A DNA stretch of 64,000 nucleotides from Eimeria praecox. Its lineage: Eukaryota. Shown piece after piece: positions 41,945 to 54,652 of this stretch. Where the stretch lies: the NCBI GenBank assembly GCA_963920595.1, contig OY986946.1, positions 5,518,001 through 5,582,000 of the forward strand, read 5' to 3'. Position 1 is the stretch's first letter, and every line of letters begins with the position of its first letter. Position numbers and translations under genes: made by a program. The notes below the pieces were generated by a model that ran no database searches, had not been told where the DNA came from, and saw nothing but the letters and a program-made list of their open reading frames with translations.

Positions 41945-44900
41945 CTAATCTATGAGGCCCCTCTGAGAGATTGTAGGCAACACCAGCAGCACACGGACGG
42001 ACTCTAGCTGCAGTTAAGAAACATAAACACAAACCCTAAACCCTAAACCCTAAACCCTAAGCCCTCGTTATCAAACCCTAGGCAATCAATGAAGAGCTCA
42101 GGCAGCAGAAGCAGGTGGAAATATTGTAACCGTAAACCCTAAACCCTAAACCCCCAAATTCTAAACCCTAAACCCTAAACCCTAAACCCTAAACTCACTC
42201 CTTCATTCTGTAGCACCACCGACAACCATCCATGCATCGCCTCGTCCTCTGGCACCACTGCACCAGTGCAGCAACTCAAACCCTAAACCCTAAACCCTAA
42301 ACCCTAAGCCCTAATCCCTACACCCTAATCCCTAAACCCTAAACCCTAAACCCTAAAGTTTACGGAGGGGCCATGCATGACGTACGCAGCGCCACAAGAC
42401 CCTCGATATCCTTCCCTTGGCTGTTGCTGCAGTCTAGCAGGGCCTGCGACGCAAACCCTAAACCCTAAACCCTAAACCCTAAACCCTAAACCCAAAACCC
42501 TAGAGCGTCCGTCCATCATGGGCCCTAAGCCCTAAACTCTAAGGCGGGGGGAGGGGGTGAAGGGAGGTGCATCCGCTCAAACCCAAAACCCTAAACCCTA
42601 AACCCTAAACCCTAAACCCTAATCGTGCCTTGAGGCCTGCAATGAGGTGTTTGGTGTTGACAGTGCGGACGAAGGAGACGTTTTCGAGGTCTGAAGAAGC
42701 ACATACACCTGCAATCTAGTCCTTGTAAAACAAATTAGGGTTTAGGGTTTGTGTCTAGGGTTTAGGGTTTAGGGTTTAGGGTTTGGGGTTTAGGGTTTAG
42801 AGTAAAAGGGCTTTCAAACCTTCTTGTCCCTCCGGCACGAGACGGCTGCAGCGAGTGTACATTGCCTTGGCAGTCACAAGCTCAGACGCTGAGCCCACAA
42901 ACCCTAAACCCTAAACCCTAAACCCTAAACCCTAGACCCTAGACCCTAAACCCTACATTCTAAGCATTGCTCCCAATGCCCTACGAGACAAGAATAGGGT
43001 TTGAGGGTTTAGGGTTTAATAGGGTTTAGGGTTTAGGGTTTAGGGTTTAGTAGACCTGCTGAGACAGCCAAATCGAATGCATTGGAGTCCTGGGGGTTTA
43101 TGCTGCCCTCGAGAGTAACCTCCTCGCTGCCTGCGCAAACCCTAAACCCTAAACCCTAAACCCTAGTTAACGCTAGCCATAAGTGCAAAACACCGTTGTA
43201 AGTAATACAGACTGCTATCAAGTGTAGGGTTTAGGGTTTAGGGTTTAGGGTTTAGGGTTTAGGGTTTGAGGGTACCGAGTCTCCTGAGGCGCTCCAGCAT
43301 CGAGAGGAGGTTCTTGACACGTGGAAGCTCTAAATTAGACTGTACAACCAAACCCTAAACCCTAAACCCTAAACCCTAAACCCTAGACCCTACACCCTAA
43401 ACCCTAGCCCATAGGCATCACATTCAAAACCGTGAGGCACTCTGGCTGATTTCGAGTATGATCTGAATAGGGGGCTGACGCTGGCCATGGCTAGGGTTTA
43501 GGGTTTAGGGTTTAGGGTTTAGGGTTTAGCTAGCCTTGCAGGGGGGAATCTCTGGGGTTCCTGCCTCATCTACTGCAGGGCCCTGTAAGGGGACAACACG
43601 ACAGTCCTGAGGAGACACCCGAAAGGAGACAGACAGCCCACGGGGTGTATAGGCAGCTCAGTTTCATAAATAATACACTGCAACCCTAAACCCTAAACCC
43701 TAAACCCTAAACCCTAAACCCTAGGCCCTGAGACTAGAATAGAATACCTGCGTAATCCACACGTTGGCTAGCTGAAGGTCCGTAAACTCAAACACCAACG
43801 CCCCGTGCCCCATCCGCCTACAAAGAAACCCTAAACCCTAAACCCTAAACCCTAAACCCTAAACCCTAAACCCTAAGTCCATTAGTGTAATAATGGAGTC
43901 AGCGGAGGAGGCGCCGAGGCTGTTCCTTTGAGGATGCGTGGTATCCCTTTACAGGTTTTTAAGAATGTCTGTATTGGGTTTAACTAGGGTTTAGGGTTTA
44001 GGGTTTATGTAGGGTTTATGTAGGGTTTATGCAGGGTTTATGTAGGGTTTATCTAGGGTTTATGTAGGGTTTATGTAGGGTTTATCTCGGGTTTATCTAG
44101 GGTTTATGCACGGTTTATCTAGGGTTTATCTAGGGTTTATGCAGGGTTTATCTAAGGTTTATCTAGGGTTTAGGGTTTAGGGTTAATGTAGGGTTTATGT
44201 AGGGTTTAGGGTTTACGGTTTATGTAGGGTTTATGCAGGGTTTATGTAGGGTTTATGTAGGGTTTAACTAGGGTTTAGGGTTTATCTAGGGTTAATATAG
44301 GGTTTACGTAGGGTTTATGTAGGGTTTATGTAGGGTTTAGGGTTTATCTAGGGTTAATATAGGGTTTATGTAGGGTTTATCTAGGGTTTACGTAGGGTTT
44401 AGGGTTTAGGGTTTAGGGTTAATGTAGGGTTAATCTAGGGTTTAGGGTTTACTTTGCGAGCTTAACGGTAATTCTACGACAAGTCTGAGCGAGCTTCAAC
44501 GTCCCCAGGATTTGCTTTGGCTCGATTTGTAATGCAATACAATTATTCTTTCTACTCTCTAATATCCATCCTACACTAAAAACCTCCGCCTATATATACA
44601 AACCCTAAACCCTAAACCCTAAACCCTAAACCCTAAACCCTAGGGTGATAAGGATACACAAATCGATACACACCTCATTTATTCGCATGTAACACTTAAC
44701 CCTAAACCCTAAACCCTAAACCCTAATTATACCCTCACACTCAAAAAATAGCAATCCCAGTCCCCATTAGAAGCAATCAATCATAAACCCTAAACCCTAA
44801 ACCCTAAACCCTAAACCCCTTGCTAGCAGCACTCCCTGTTATGGGTTTGCAAACCGCAGAGAAATCTAAGGGTTAAGAAAGGCGTTTAAGAAGGCTGAGG

Positions 44901-45283
44901 GTTTAGGGTTTAGGGTTTGAGCAGAACTAGGGTTTAGGGTTTGGGGTTTCAGAAGAACTAGGGTTTAGGGTTTAGGGTTTAGGGTTTAGGGTTTAGGGTT
45001 TAGGGTTTGGGGACCATATCAAGCTCAGCGTATAACTCGCAAGAAGGCTGTCTTGTATTTAGACTAAGTTTAGTGGGAGTAAGCTTCAAACAACAACTGC
45101 TGTTGGGGCCCCCTCTAGATAATCTCTGTAGTGCTGCTGTTATCCCTGAAAACAACAACAAACCCTAAACCCTAAACCCTAAACCCTAAACCCTAAACCC
45201 TAAACCCTAGATATACAGAGAGATAAACACCTACCAATCAGGTGGGGTATCGCCTCCAGACGGAGAGAGGCACTAAACTTCAT
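41945..45283 (-). CDS. HUS1: HUS1, 9-1-1 checkpoint clamp subunit, 12 exons, about 302 aa
   Basis: Exons 45283-45235, 45145-45015, 44589-44453, 43817-43748, 43606-43535, 43339-43276, 43130-43056, 42888-42820, 42690-42629, 42443-42386, 42257-42199, 42007-41945 (909 nt, open). MKFSASL start, CCLKLTPTKL, LESRKNNCIALQI, ITVKLAKR, ITQDCRV, LELPRVKNLLSMLERL and terminal LVLPTI follow the Hus1 pattern. Absent from the ORF track because the exons are short. Confidence 0.85.
43985..44450. repeat. Telomere-derived 11-mer satellite (TAGGGTTTAT(G/C))n
   Basis: About 35 units at the 5' end of HUS1 intron 3. Confidence 0.95.
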
Positions 45284-45964
45284 CTTCCTTGTGTTCTCGA
45301 AACCCTAAACCCTAAACCCTAAACCCTAAACCCTAAACCCTAAACCCTAAGCCCTAAACCCCAGATCTTCCGCCTTGTTCAGGTGGCCCGCAAGGGGGCC
45401 CCATATGGCTCAAGGGATTGGTTTAGTGGTTTAGGGTTTAGGGTTTAGGGTTTAGGGTTTGGGTGTGTGAGAGGTGGTGCTGCTCAGGTAGAGAAACGAG
45501 GGCCCCTTCCAAACCCTAAACCCTAAACCCTAGACCCTAAACCCTAAACCCTAAACCCTAAACCCTAAACCCTAAACCCTAATATATGTTAAGAGAAGAA
45601 CGTTTCAAGCTGATGTAAGCAGATATAATAAATTTAATAATTATTGGGGGGCCCCCGAGGGGTTGGGGGGCCCCTGAGGAGTTGGGGGGCCCCTGAGGCG
45701 TATGGGGGCCCCCCTCCTTGTTGCTGTTTGTTTGTTTTGTTGTTTCTCCTAAATCCCTCAACATTAAATATATTTAATTACTTCTTTTCATGCAAAGACA
45801 AATAAAAAGACAGCAGCCTCTACTCAATCTCTCCTCCCCCACCAACCCGAACACACCCTGGGGGCCCCCTTGCTAGTTGGGCCCCCTCTGCAATAAGGGG
45901 GCCCCCCTCTAGCAAACAGGGGGCCCCCTGTCAGTGAGGGGGCCCCTGCCAGTACCCTTTCGTA
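45284..45964. promoter_or_regulatory. Probable bidirectional promoter between HUS1 and the GCP gene
   Basis: Divergent start codons only about 680 bp apart. Confidence 0.55.
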
Positions 45965-46133
45965 ATGACAGCTGCAAGGGGGCCCCCCGCGGGGGCCCCA
46001 TCAGACTTACTCGGGGGGGCCCCCAATCGCCTCAGCAGCAGGGGGCCCCCCCTTGCTGCTGGGAGGCCCTCAAGTGCCTTCGCAGCTGCAGGAGGAGCTG
46101 TGAGGCCCCCTCACATCAAAAGAAACCCTCTAC

Positions 46134-46208
<75 letters not shown>

Positions 46209-46654
46209 ACAGCAGCAGCATAGGAACCCTCATTACAGACCTCGTTCAATCTCGAGCTGCTGCTCTGGGTCTTAAGGGGGCCCCCCTACGAGCCAAGCAG
46301 AGGGCCCGCAGCGCGGCTTGGGGGGCCCTCCTCAGCCCCTCCATTCACTGTAGTAGGAGAGGCAGCAGCAGCAGCAACAACAACAGCAGCAGCAGCAGCA
46401 GGGGAGAGACAGATCAAGTACAAGACCTCACGCTGCTGCTGCTGCAGCAGAAGCAGCAGCTGCTGGTGCAGCAGCAGCACGAAGAAGCAGATTTCTTAGG
46501 GTTTGCTGCTGAAGCAATCTGCAGCGATCGGGGGACTGGTGGGGGCCCCCTGGGGGCCCCCACCAATTCCTGGGGGCCCCCTTCTCCGCCTTACAAAGAC
46601 CTGCAGCAACCCCTGCTGCTGCTGCTGCTGCTCGCAGGTGCAGCAGACCATACA

Positions 46655-46700
<46 letters not shown>

Positions 46701-47325
46701 GAAGAAGAAGAACAGGCTCAGAACCATCGAGATCTCAACGACTGGCCTTACGAAGACGCCTTCTGCTGCTGCTTCAGCAGCAGCAGCACCAGCAGCAACA
46801 ACCCAGTGCTGCAGTATCTGAGGGGGTATGGGGGGCCCCTCCACAAGAGAGGGGGCCCCCTGAAGAAGGGGGGCCCCCCAAACCTTTTCTACTCTCCTCA
46901 GAAATGCGTTTGGCTCTCCGGCCAGAGGCTTCAGCTTTCAGAGCAACCCTTAGGGGCCCCCATGGGGGCCCCCTTAGGGGCCCCTTCGGGGGCCCCCCAA
47001 AGGGCCCCTTTGGGGGCCCCCTTTGGGGCCCCTTTGGGGGCCCCCCTGGGGGCCCCTCTAATGTGGGGCCCCCCGTGGGGGACTCAGGGGGCCCCCCCCT
47101 TTTACAGGAGTTGCTGTCTCCTGAAGGGTCTTGCAGCATATCTGACGGTCTCCTGTTTGGGGGGCCCCCTTGGGGGGCCCCCTGTACAGCATTGCAGCCT
47201 TGGGGGGGCCCCCCCCATTCAAGTAGATCTGAAGCAGACGAAGCAGCGGAATACGCTCAGGGCAAGGCTCCTCCCGCCTGCAGCAGCAGCAGCAACAACA
47301 GCAGCAGCAGCAACAGCAGCAGCAA

Positions 47326-47366
<41 letters not shown>

Positions 47367-47899
47367 GCCGGTTGTTTGGGTGCCCTCGCGCTGGTCTTAC
47401 ATGGGATAGAGAGGAGGGGGGGCCCCCAAGCTTTTCTTCAATTGGTTTCTTAGAGGCCCCCAGAGGGGCCCCTGGGGGCCCCCCCCAGCGTTCTATCACC
47501 GACTCCTTCCGAGCTATTCTCTGCAGCACGCAAACAGCAGCAGCAGCAACAACAGAAATAGAAACAGCAGCAGCTGCTGCTGCTCCTGCTGCTGCTGCTC
47601 CTGCTCCTGCTGCAGCAGCAGCAGCAGAAGAAGAGGAAGAAGAAGAACGAGAGGGCTCCATAGAACTCTCCCTAACTGCTGGGGGGCCCCTCTTTGGGTT
47701 GGCTCTGAGGAGAGAGGGGCCCCTCTCCGCTATGGGGGCCCCCCCCTGGGATAGCGGTGCAGCAGCAGCAGCAGCAGCAGCTACTGCTGCTGCTGCTGGT
47801 CCTGATGAGCAGCAGCAACTGCGCCGCTTCACTGCCTTGTCTCTGAGAGGAGAGAAATATTGTGGGATATCTGTGGGGCCCCACACAAGGGAGGATGTG

Positions 47900-47940
<41 letters not shown>

Positions 47941-48212
47941 GCAGCAGCTGCAGCAGCAAATTTTCTCATCACCCCTCTTCCCATCTGAAGGGGCCCCCCC
48001 AAGGGGCCCCCTTTGCTGCGCCTCTAGGGGCCTCCTCTCTATCCCCGAAGAGGCCCTCTTGCGTCTACAAGGGCCCCCCCCTGTAGGAGGGGGCCCCCCC
48101 GTAGGGGGGGCCCCCTCTAAAGGGAGGGGGCCCCCTGATTCCTTACCTGCAAGCTTGTGGCTCGCTGCAACTCGCCCTTACTGTTCAGCAGAGGGGGCCC
48201 TAGCGCTGCAGG

Positions 48213-48243
<31 letters not shown>

Positions 48244-48297
48244 AAGCCTAGCAGAAGCAGCACTTAGCGGCACATTGGCGGGGCTATCGCAGAGGTG

Positions 48298-48357
<60 letters not shown>

Positions 48358-48902
48358 GATAGGGACAGCCTGCAATAGCAGCAACAGCGGCATCAACAGC
48401 AGCAGCAGCAACAGCAGCAACAGCAGCAGCAGCAGCAGCAGCAACATCGTCCCCTGTTTATTATTGTTTTGGTTTGCTTGCTCTGTCTACAGGTTAGAGA
48501 CAGCTCGTGCTGCTCTGCTGCAGGAAGGAGACAGACAAACACAAGAAGAGACAGGGGCCCCTAATGCTGCGGAGGGTACAAGCGAGCCCCGGGCTCTCCT
48601 CTATGTTCGTTGGCCTCAAGTAGGGGGAGAGGGGCCCCCTAGGGGCCCCCCTGGGGGCCCCTGGGGGGCCCCCGCGGGGATAGAAGGCCCCGGAGGGTTT
48701 GCTTATCTGCAGCAGCGGGCCCCCCTGTGGGCTCGCTGCTGCTGCGCTGCTCTGCTCGGAGACCCTTCTCCTCTGTTTCCTCTTGCTGCTGTTTGCTGCT
48801 GCTGCTGCGATGGTGTCTGTTCGGAGCAGCAGCAGCAGCAGCTGCTCAATCCTGAGGTGTATGTACACCCCCAAGAAGTGCTCTTCGGAACAGCCTGCTG
48901 CT

Positions 48903-48954
<52 letters not shown>

Positions 48955-49033
48955 CAACATGGATTGTCCTGCAAGAGCAAGGCCTTTTTTTGCTGCTTCA
49001 GATCTTCGCTGCTGCTACGAGGCCCTCCTTGAG

Positions 49034-49082
<49 letters not shown>

Positions 49083-49987
49083 GTGATGGGGGGTGTCGAG
49101 TATCGGGGCCTTGGATGGATGCTCTGCAGCAAGTTGCAGAGTACGGCACGCTGGGGCTGCTGCTGTTGCTGCTGCTGTTGCTGCTGCTGCTGTTGCTGCT
49201 GCTGCTGTTGCTGCTGCTGCTGTTGCTGCTGCTGTTGCTGCTGCTGCTGTTGCTGCTGCTGTTGCTGTTGCTGCTGCTGCTGCAGTCCTCGCTGCTACTA
49301 ATGCCGTAGTTGCTGCTGCAGCTGCTGCTACTGCTGTTGTTGCTGCTGCTTCTGCCTTTGGCTTGCTTGCTGGTTCTGTTGGTGCAGCAACAGCAGCAGC
49401 AGCAGCAGCAGCAGGTGCTGCTGCTATTGCTGCAACTTCTGCTGCTGCTGCAGGTGTGGGGCCCTGCTGTTTTGTGTGCAGGCTCGGGTCTCTCGTCCTC
49501 CGCTTGAAGTCCTTCGTAAGCGAGTTTGTGCTGCCTCCTTCTGTTGTAATATCCCGCTGCTGCAGCAAACAGCAGCAGCAGCAGCAGCAGCAACAGCAAC
49601 AGCAGCAGCAGCAGCAGCAGCTGTTTTACGGTCTCACCCTTGCTGCCTTTGCAAGGGCTGTGGAGACAGAGCTTGCTGCATTTGAACGATATCTAGTAGA
49701 TGAGGTGTACGTACACCTCAGACGCTGCATGTCCCCGCTGCTGCTGCTAGCAGCTATCCATCGTTGGCGCCCTTCGCTGCTGCTGCTCGCCCGCCTCTGT
49801 GGTTTGGCCTTCCCCTACAGCAGCAGCAACAGCAGCAGCAACAGCAGCAGCAACAGCAGCAGCAACAGCAGCAACAGCAGCAGCAGCAGCAGCAAGGTGT
49901 ACTGGAGATTCCCTCGAGGCACAGCTCTGCTGTCGCGTTTAATGAAGGCATGCTCTGCTCTACAGCACCTTAGGTCGACTCATCCTG

Positions 49988-50033
<46 letters not shown>

Positions 50034-50987
50034 GCAGCAAGTGCCGAGCGAAGAGGCCGTCGTTGCCCTCCGTCTGTTAGAAGCCTCTGCTCCTGCCTTC
50101 CTGCACACGCTGTCTCGCTTTTGCTTCGCTGTGAGGGCTAGGGTTTAGGGCTTAGGGTTTAGGGTTTAGGGTTTAGGGTTTAGGATTAGCTTACAAGGGT
50201 TCAATATTAACACGGGCCCGCAGCTTCTATGGGTGCCTTCTACAGGATAGAGCTTGAGGGTTTAGACTTTAAGACTTAGGGTTTAGGGTTTAGGGTTTAG
50301 GGTTTAGGGTTTAGGGTTTAGGGTTTAGGGCTTTGTCGTGTGTATTTTGGTGTGGGGCCCCCAGGGTACGATGGAGGATCTGTCGTTTGAGTTTTCAGCG
50401 CCTTGGGAGGGGCCCCCGGGGGGCCCCCCCTTGCGAGGTGTACGTACACCTGGGGTGTCGGGGAGGCTGCTGCTGCTGCCGGAGCCGCTGCTCTTTCTGG
50501 GGCCTCTTGCTATGGAATGTGCTGTCCTGCAGCAGCTGCTGCAGCAGCAAAACCCTGCTGCTGCTGCTGCTGCTCGCCTCTTCCTTGCACAACCTACCGC
50601 CAGCAGCAGCATCCACACCCACTGCAGCAGCAGCAGCAGCAGCAGCAGCACCAGCAGCAGCAGCAGCGACAACAGCAGCAGCGACAGCAGCAGCAGCAGC
50701 AGCAGCAATCCTGAGGAAGAGGTCGGCCCCATAGAAAGTACATCTCTTTTTGGGGCCCCTGGGGGCCTCGGGTTTGCAGACTTTTGGGCTGCAGTGCAGC
50801 AGCAGCAGCAGCAGCAGCAGCAGCTTACGCTTCGGCCGCTGCAGGATGCATGCGACAGCAGCAGCAGCAGCAGCAGCAGCAAGGACTGCACGGATGCAGC
50901 AAACAGCTGCATCCTTCCGGCGACTGCCACAGCCATTGTGCTGCAGAGGGGCTTCCGCAGCAGCAGCAGCACCCGCAACAGCAACAA

Positions 50988-51033
<46 letters not shown>

Positions 51034-51823
51034 TCTTTGTTTCTCTCTTTCGAGACAAACAGCATCGCAGCAGCAGTGTCTGAGCAGGACAAGTGCTTCC
51101 AGGCAGCAACGAACCGTCTCCTCAGCTTTGCTGCAGATGGAGAGAGACAGATCCCTGCTGCTGCTAATCTGCAGCAGCAGCAGCAGCAGCAGCAGGAGCA
51201 GCAGCAGGACAAGCAGCAATGGGCTGAGCAGCAGCAGCAGCAGCTGCAGCAGCAGCAAAAGCAGCTGCAACAGGACCAACAGGAACAGTCAGAGCAGCCA
51301 GAGCAGCAGCAGCAGCAACAGACGTTTGCGTCTGCTGCTTCTGCTTCTGCAGCTGCTGCTGCTCCTGCTGCTGCTCCTGCTGCTGCTTCTGCTGCTGTAT
51401 TGGAGGGTACGGAGATGGGGGCCCTGGGGCCCCTCCAGCGACAAGAGTGTGTGAGGGGGGCCCCTGAGGTGGCAGCAGATGTTCGGCTGGCGTCGGGGTG
51501 TATGGACAGGGAGGGGGGGCCCCTGGAGGGGCCCCCTGGGGGCCCCTCCCCTGGTAGCCAGTGTGGGGGGGCCCCCTGGGGGCCCCCTTGCATGCAGCAG
51601 CAGGCAGATACACCTGGAGAATGCTTCGGAGCGTATCTAGTGGCGCTGCTGCAGCGGCCGGTGCTGCTGCAGGGGGCCCTCTATAGTAAAACCCTTATGC
51701 TGCTGCTGCTGAGGGATGGAAGCCTCCAGGGGCTGCTGCAGCAAATCAAACAGGTATGTTGCTGCTGCTGCTGCTGCTGCTGCTCTTGTCGCTGCTGTTG
51801 CTGTTGCTGCTGCTGCTCTTATC

Positions 51824-51854
<31 letters not shown>

Positions 51855-51889
51855 TCGCTGCTGTTGCTGTTGCTGCTGCTGCTCTTATC

Positions 51890-51920
<31 letters not shown>

Positions 51921-51996
51921 TCGCTGCTGTTGCTGTTGCTGCTGCTGGCATTCCCGTACATTCTTGTTGCTGCGTTGCTGTTGGGCTGTATGCCCA

Positions 51997-52046
<50 letters not shown>

Positions 52047-52478
52047 TTGGGGTCGACGGAGGCTCTGTCGCCTCTAGAGGAGTTGCTTGTTTGCTGCTGT
52101 CTCTGTCTCTTTTGCTGCTGCAGCTGCTGCTGTTTGAATCGACACACGCCGTCCAGGAATTCCGCGTGCTGCTGCAGCAGCGGCTGCAGCAGCATGTTGA
52201 GGAAGAGCAGCAGCTGCAGCAGCAGCAGCAGCAGCAGCACGCAACCGAACAGCAGCACAGATCTGGGGGCCGCCTCCCCACACTTCCGGCCCTCCCCGGT
52301 CGAGCAGCAGCAAAGGCAGCAATAAACACAGCAGCAGCAGCAGCAGGCGTTGCTGCTGCTGCTGCTGCTGCTGCTGCTCCTGCTGCCACATCTGCTGCTA
52401 GGGGGGCCCTTTGTACGGACGTCGAGTTGCTGCTGCAGGGGGCCCTAGCGTCCCTTCCCAGCAGCACAGTAGCCCATG

Positions 52479-52509
<31 letters not shown>

Positions 52510-53025
52510 ACAGCAGCAACAGCAGCAGCATTTGCGTCTTACCTGCTGCCTGCGTTCGGGTGTAACTGCAGCAACAGCAACAGAAGCAGCAGATGCAACA
52601 GCAACAGCAGCAGCAGCAGCAGCAGCAGAGCTGCTAGGAGTGCTTCAGATCCTCCCCGACGCCTCGCCGCCTCTGCAATTACTCCTGAGCTCTGTAAACC
52701 CTAAACCCTAATTCTAAACCCTAAACCCTAAACCCTAGAACACTCTCAGGGGCCCCACAGGGTTTTGAGTACAAGGCTCAGTACGTGGAGAAACACCGTG
52801 CTTCAGAAGTGTAGTAGTTGAGAATATAGGATTTAGGGTTTAGGGTTTAGGGTTTAGGGTTTAGGGTTTAGGGTTTAGGGTTTAGGGTTTCGAGTTGGGG
52901 TGTACGTGCAGCCTGTGAGGGAGATGTACTCTGACGTGTTTACGTTTCTGCTTCGTCTCGATGCTGCTTTGGGCGCAGTCTCTGATTGCTGGATGCTGCA
53001 GCGGCAGCAGCAGCAGCAGCAGCGC

Positions 53026-53074
<49 letters not shown>

Positions 53075-53192
53075 GATTTGCTGGTAGGGCCTTGCAGCTG
53101 CAGCAGCAGCTACAGCATTTTTTAAGATCTGTTCAGGATTTCGCTCTAACGGACGTAATAGAAGCAGAATGGAAGCTGCTGCAGCAGCAAGT

Positions 53193-53223
<31 letters not shown>

Positions 53224-53383
53224 ACAGCAGCAACAGCAGCAACAGCAGCAACAGCAGAAGAAAGCGGAGACACAGCAGCAGATGCAGCAGCAGCAGCAGC
53301 AGGAAGAAGAAGTTTAAGCTTCTTTGCTCTCGTCGAGGCCCACAGCCGCTGCGCCGAGAATATCTATACCAGGTCAGCTCACT

Positions 53384-53441
<58 letters not shown>

Positions 53442-53526
53442 GGTGCTGCTGCTGCTGCAGGTACGGTCGGGCACACCTTCCTGCTGCTTCGACACATGAA
53501 ATGCTCCTGCTGTTGTTGCTGCTGCT

Positions 53527-53558
<32 letters not shown>

Positions 53559-53913
53559 TGTTGTTGCTGCTGCTGCTGCTGTTGTTGCTGCTGTTGCTGC
53601 TGCTGCTGCAGGTGTCTCCTGTCTCCTCGCTTAGCTCCTTTGCAGAAGAAGCTGCTGGCGGTGATGGTGTGCGCCTGGCGCCTCAGGGCACTGCTGCTGC
53701 GGCAGCAGCAGCAGCAGCAGCTGCTGCTGCTGCAGCAGCAACAACAGCAGCCGGAGGAAGTGCTGCAGCACGGTCTTGAAGCGAATCTGCCGCAGCAGCA
53801 GCAACAGCAGCAGCAACAGCAGCAGCAAGGTATGGTGCGGGCTTCTCTCTCTCGTTGTTTGTCTCTTGCTGCTGCTTCTTCTACGTCACCAGCAGCAGCA
53901 CCACCAGCAGCAC

Positions 53914-53960
<47 letters not shown>

Positions 53961-54128
53961 TCAGCAGCAGCAGCAGCATCAAGAGAATTGGAGTGTATAT
54001 ACTTTGACTACATCCGCAGCAGCAGAAACTTTATAAAAGCCCTGTTGGTGTTGCAGCCACTAAATATTTTATCTTCTTTGCTCCTTCGTCTTAACTTCAA
54101 CGGAGTTGCTGCTATGAATTCCTCGTAG
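45965..54128 (+). CDS. Gamma-tubulin complex component (Spc97/Spc98 family, GCP5/GCP6-like), 7 exons, about 2190 aa
   Basis: Exons 45965-48294, 48493-49140, 49482-50130, 50365-51753, 52124-52693, 52912-53372, 53612-54128, in phase. GRIP1-like LTLAAFARAVETEL..RGTALLSRL..GTMEDLSFEF. GRIP2-like PLQLLL..MYSDVFTFLLRL..LQHFLRSVQDF..VIEAEW..LVEAH..RCLL..LLLRLNFNG. The long N-terminal extension and central insertion favour GCP5/6. Extra introns within exon 1 cannot be excluded. Confidence 0.85.
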
Positions 54129-54131
54129 CTA

Positions 54132-54590
54132 CAGGGGCCCCCAAACATATCTTATGATACTGGGGGGCCCCCTAGTATCAGGGGCCCCCCACTAGGAGGG
54201 GCCCCCTAGTATCAGGGGCCCCCCACTAGGAGGGGCCCCTTACTAGGAGGGGCCCCCTACTAGCAGGGGCCCCCTAGTATCAGAGGCCCCCCGTAAGGGG
54301 AGCCCCCTAGTTGGAGGGGCCCCTTAGTAAGAGGGGCCCCCTACTAGGATGGGCACCCTACTAGGAGGGGCCCCCTAGTATCAGGGGCCCCCCAGTAGGA
54401 GGGGCCCCCTACTAAGAGGGGGGGCTAGCCCTAGCCCGAGTCCTTAGAGGGGCCCCCAGGGAGGTGGGGGGCTCCCCCAGGAAGGTCAGGGGGGCCCCCT
54501 AGTAGGAGGGGCCCCCCAGGGAGGTGGGGGCCCAAAAACCCAAAGAGCTGAGGGGCCCCACAAGCAGCCTGGGTGGGGGCCCCTCATGTA
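54132..54590. repeat. GGGGCCCC-core minisatellite (GGGGCCCCCTACTAGGA-like)
   Basis: About 20 degenerate units downstream of the GCP stop codon. Confidence 0.9.
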
Positions 54591-54652
54591 GGGAGGGTTT
54601 GGAAGAGGAATATTTATCAACTTTTTTTGTCTCTGTTCGTTTTTATATTACT

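Larger units (their letters stand above)
36058..45582. repeat. Dense interstitial telomere-like tracts across the MOB1 and HUS1 loci
   Basis: Heptamer tracts in all 11 HUS1 introns, 5 of 6 MOB1 introns and the flanks. Confidence 0.95.
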
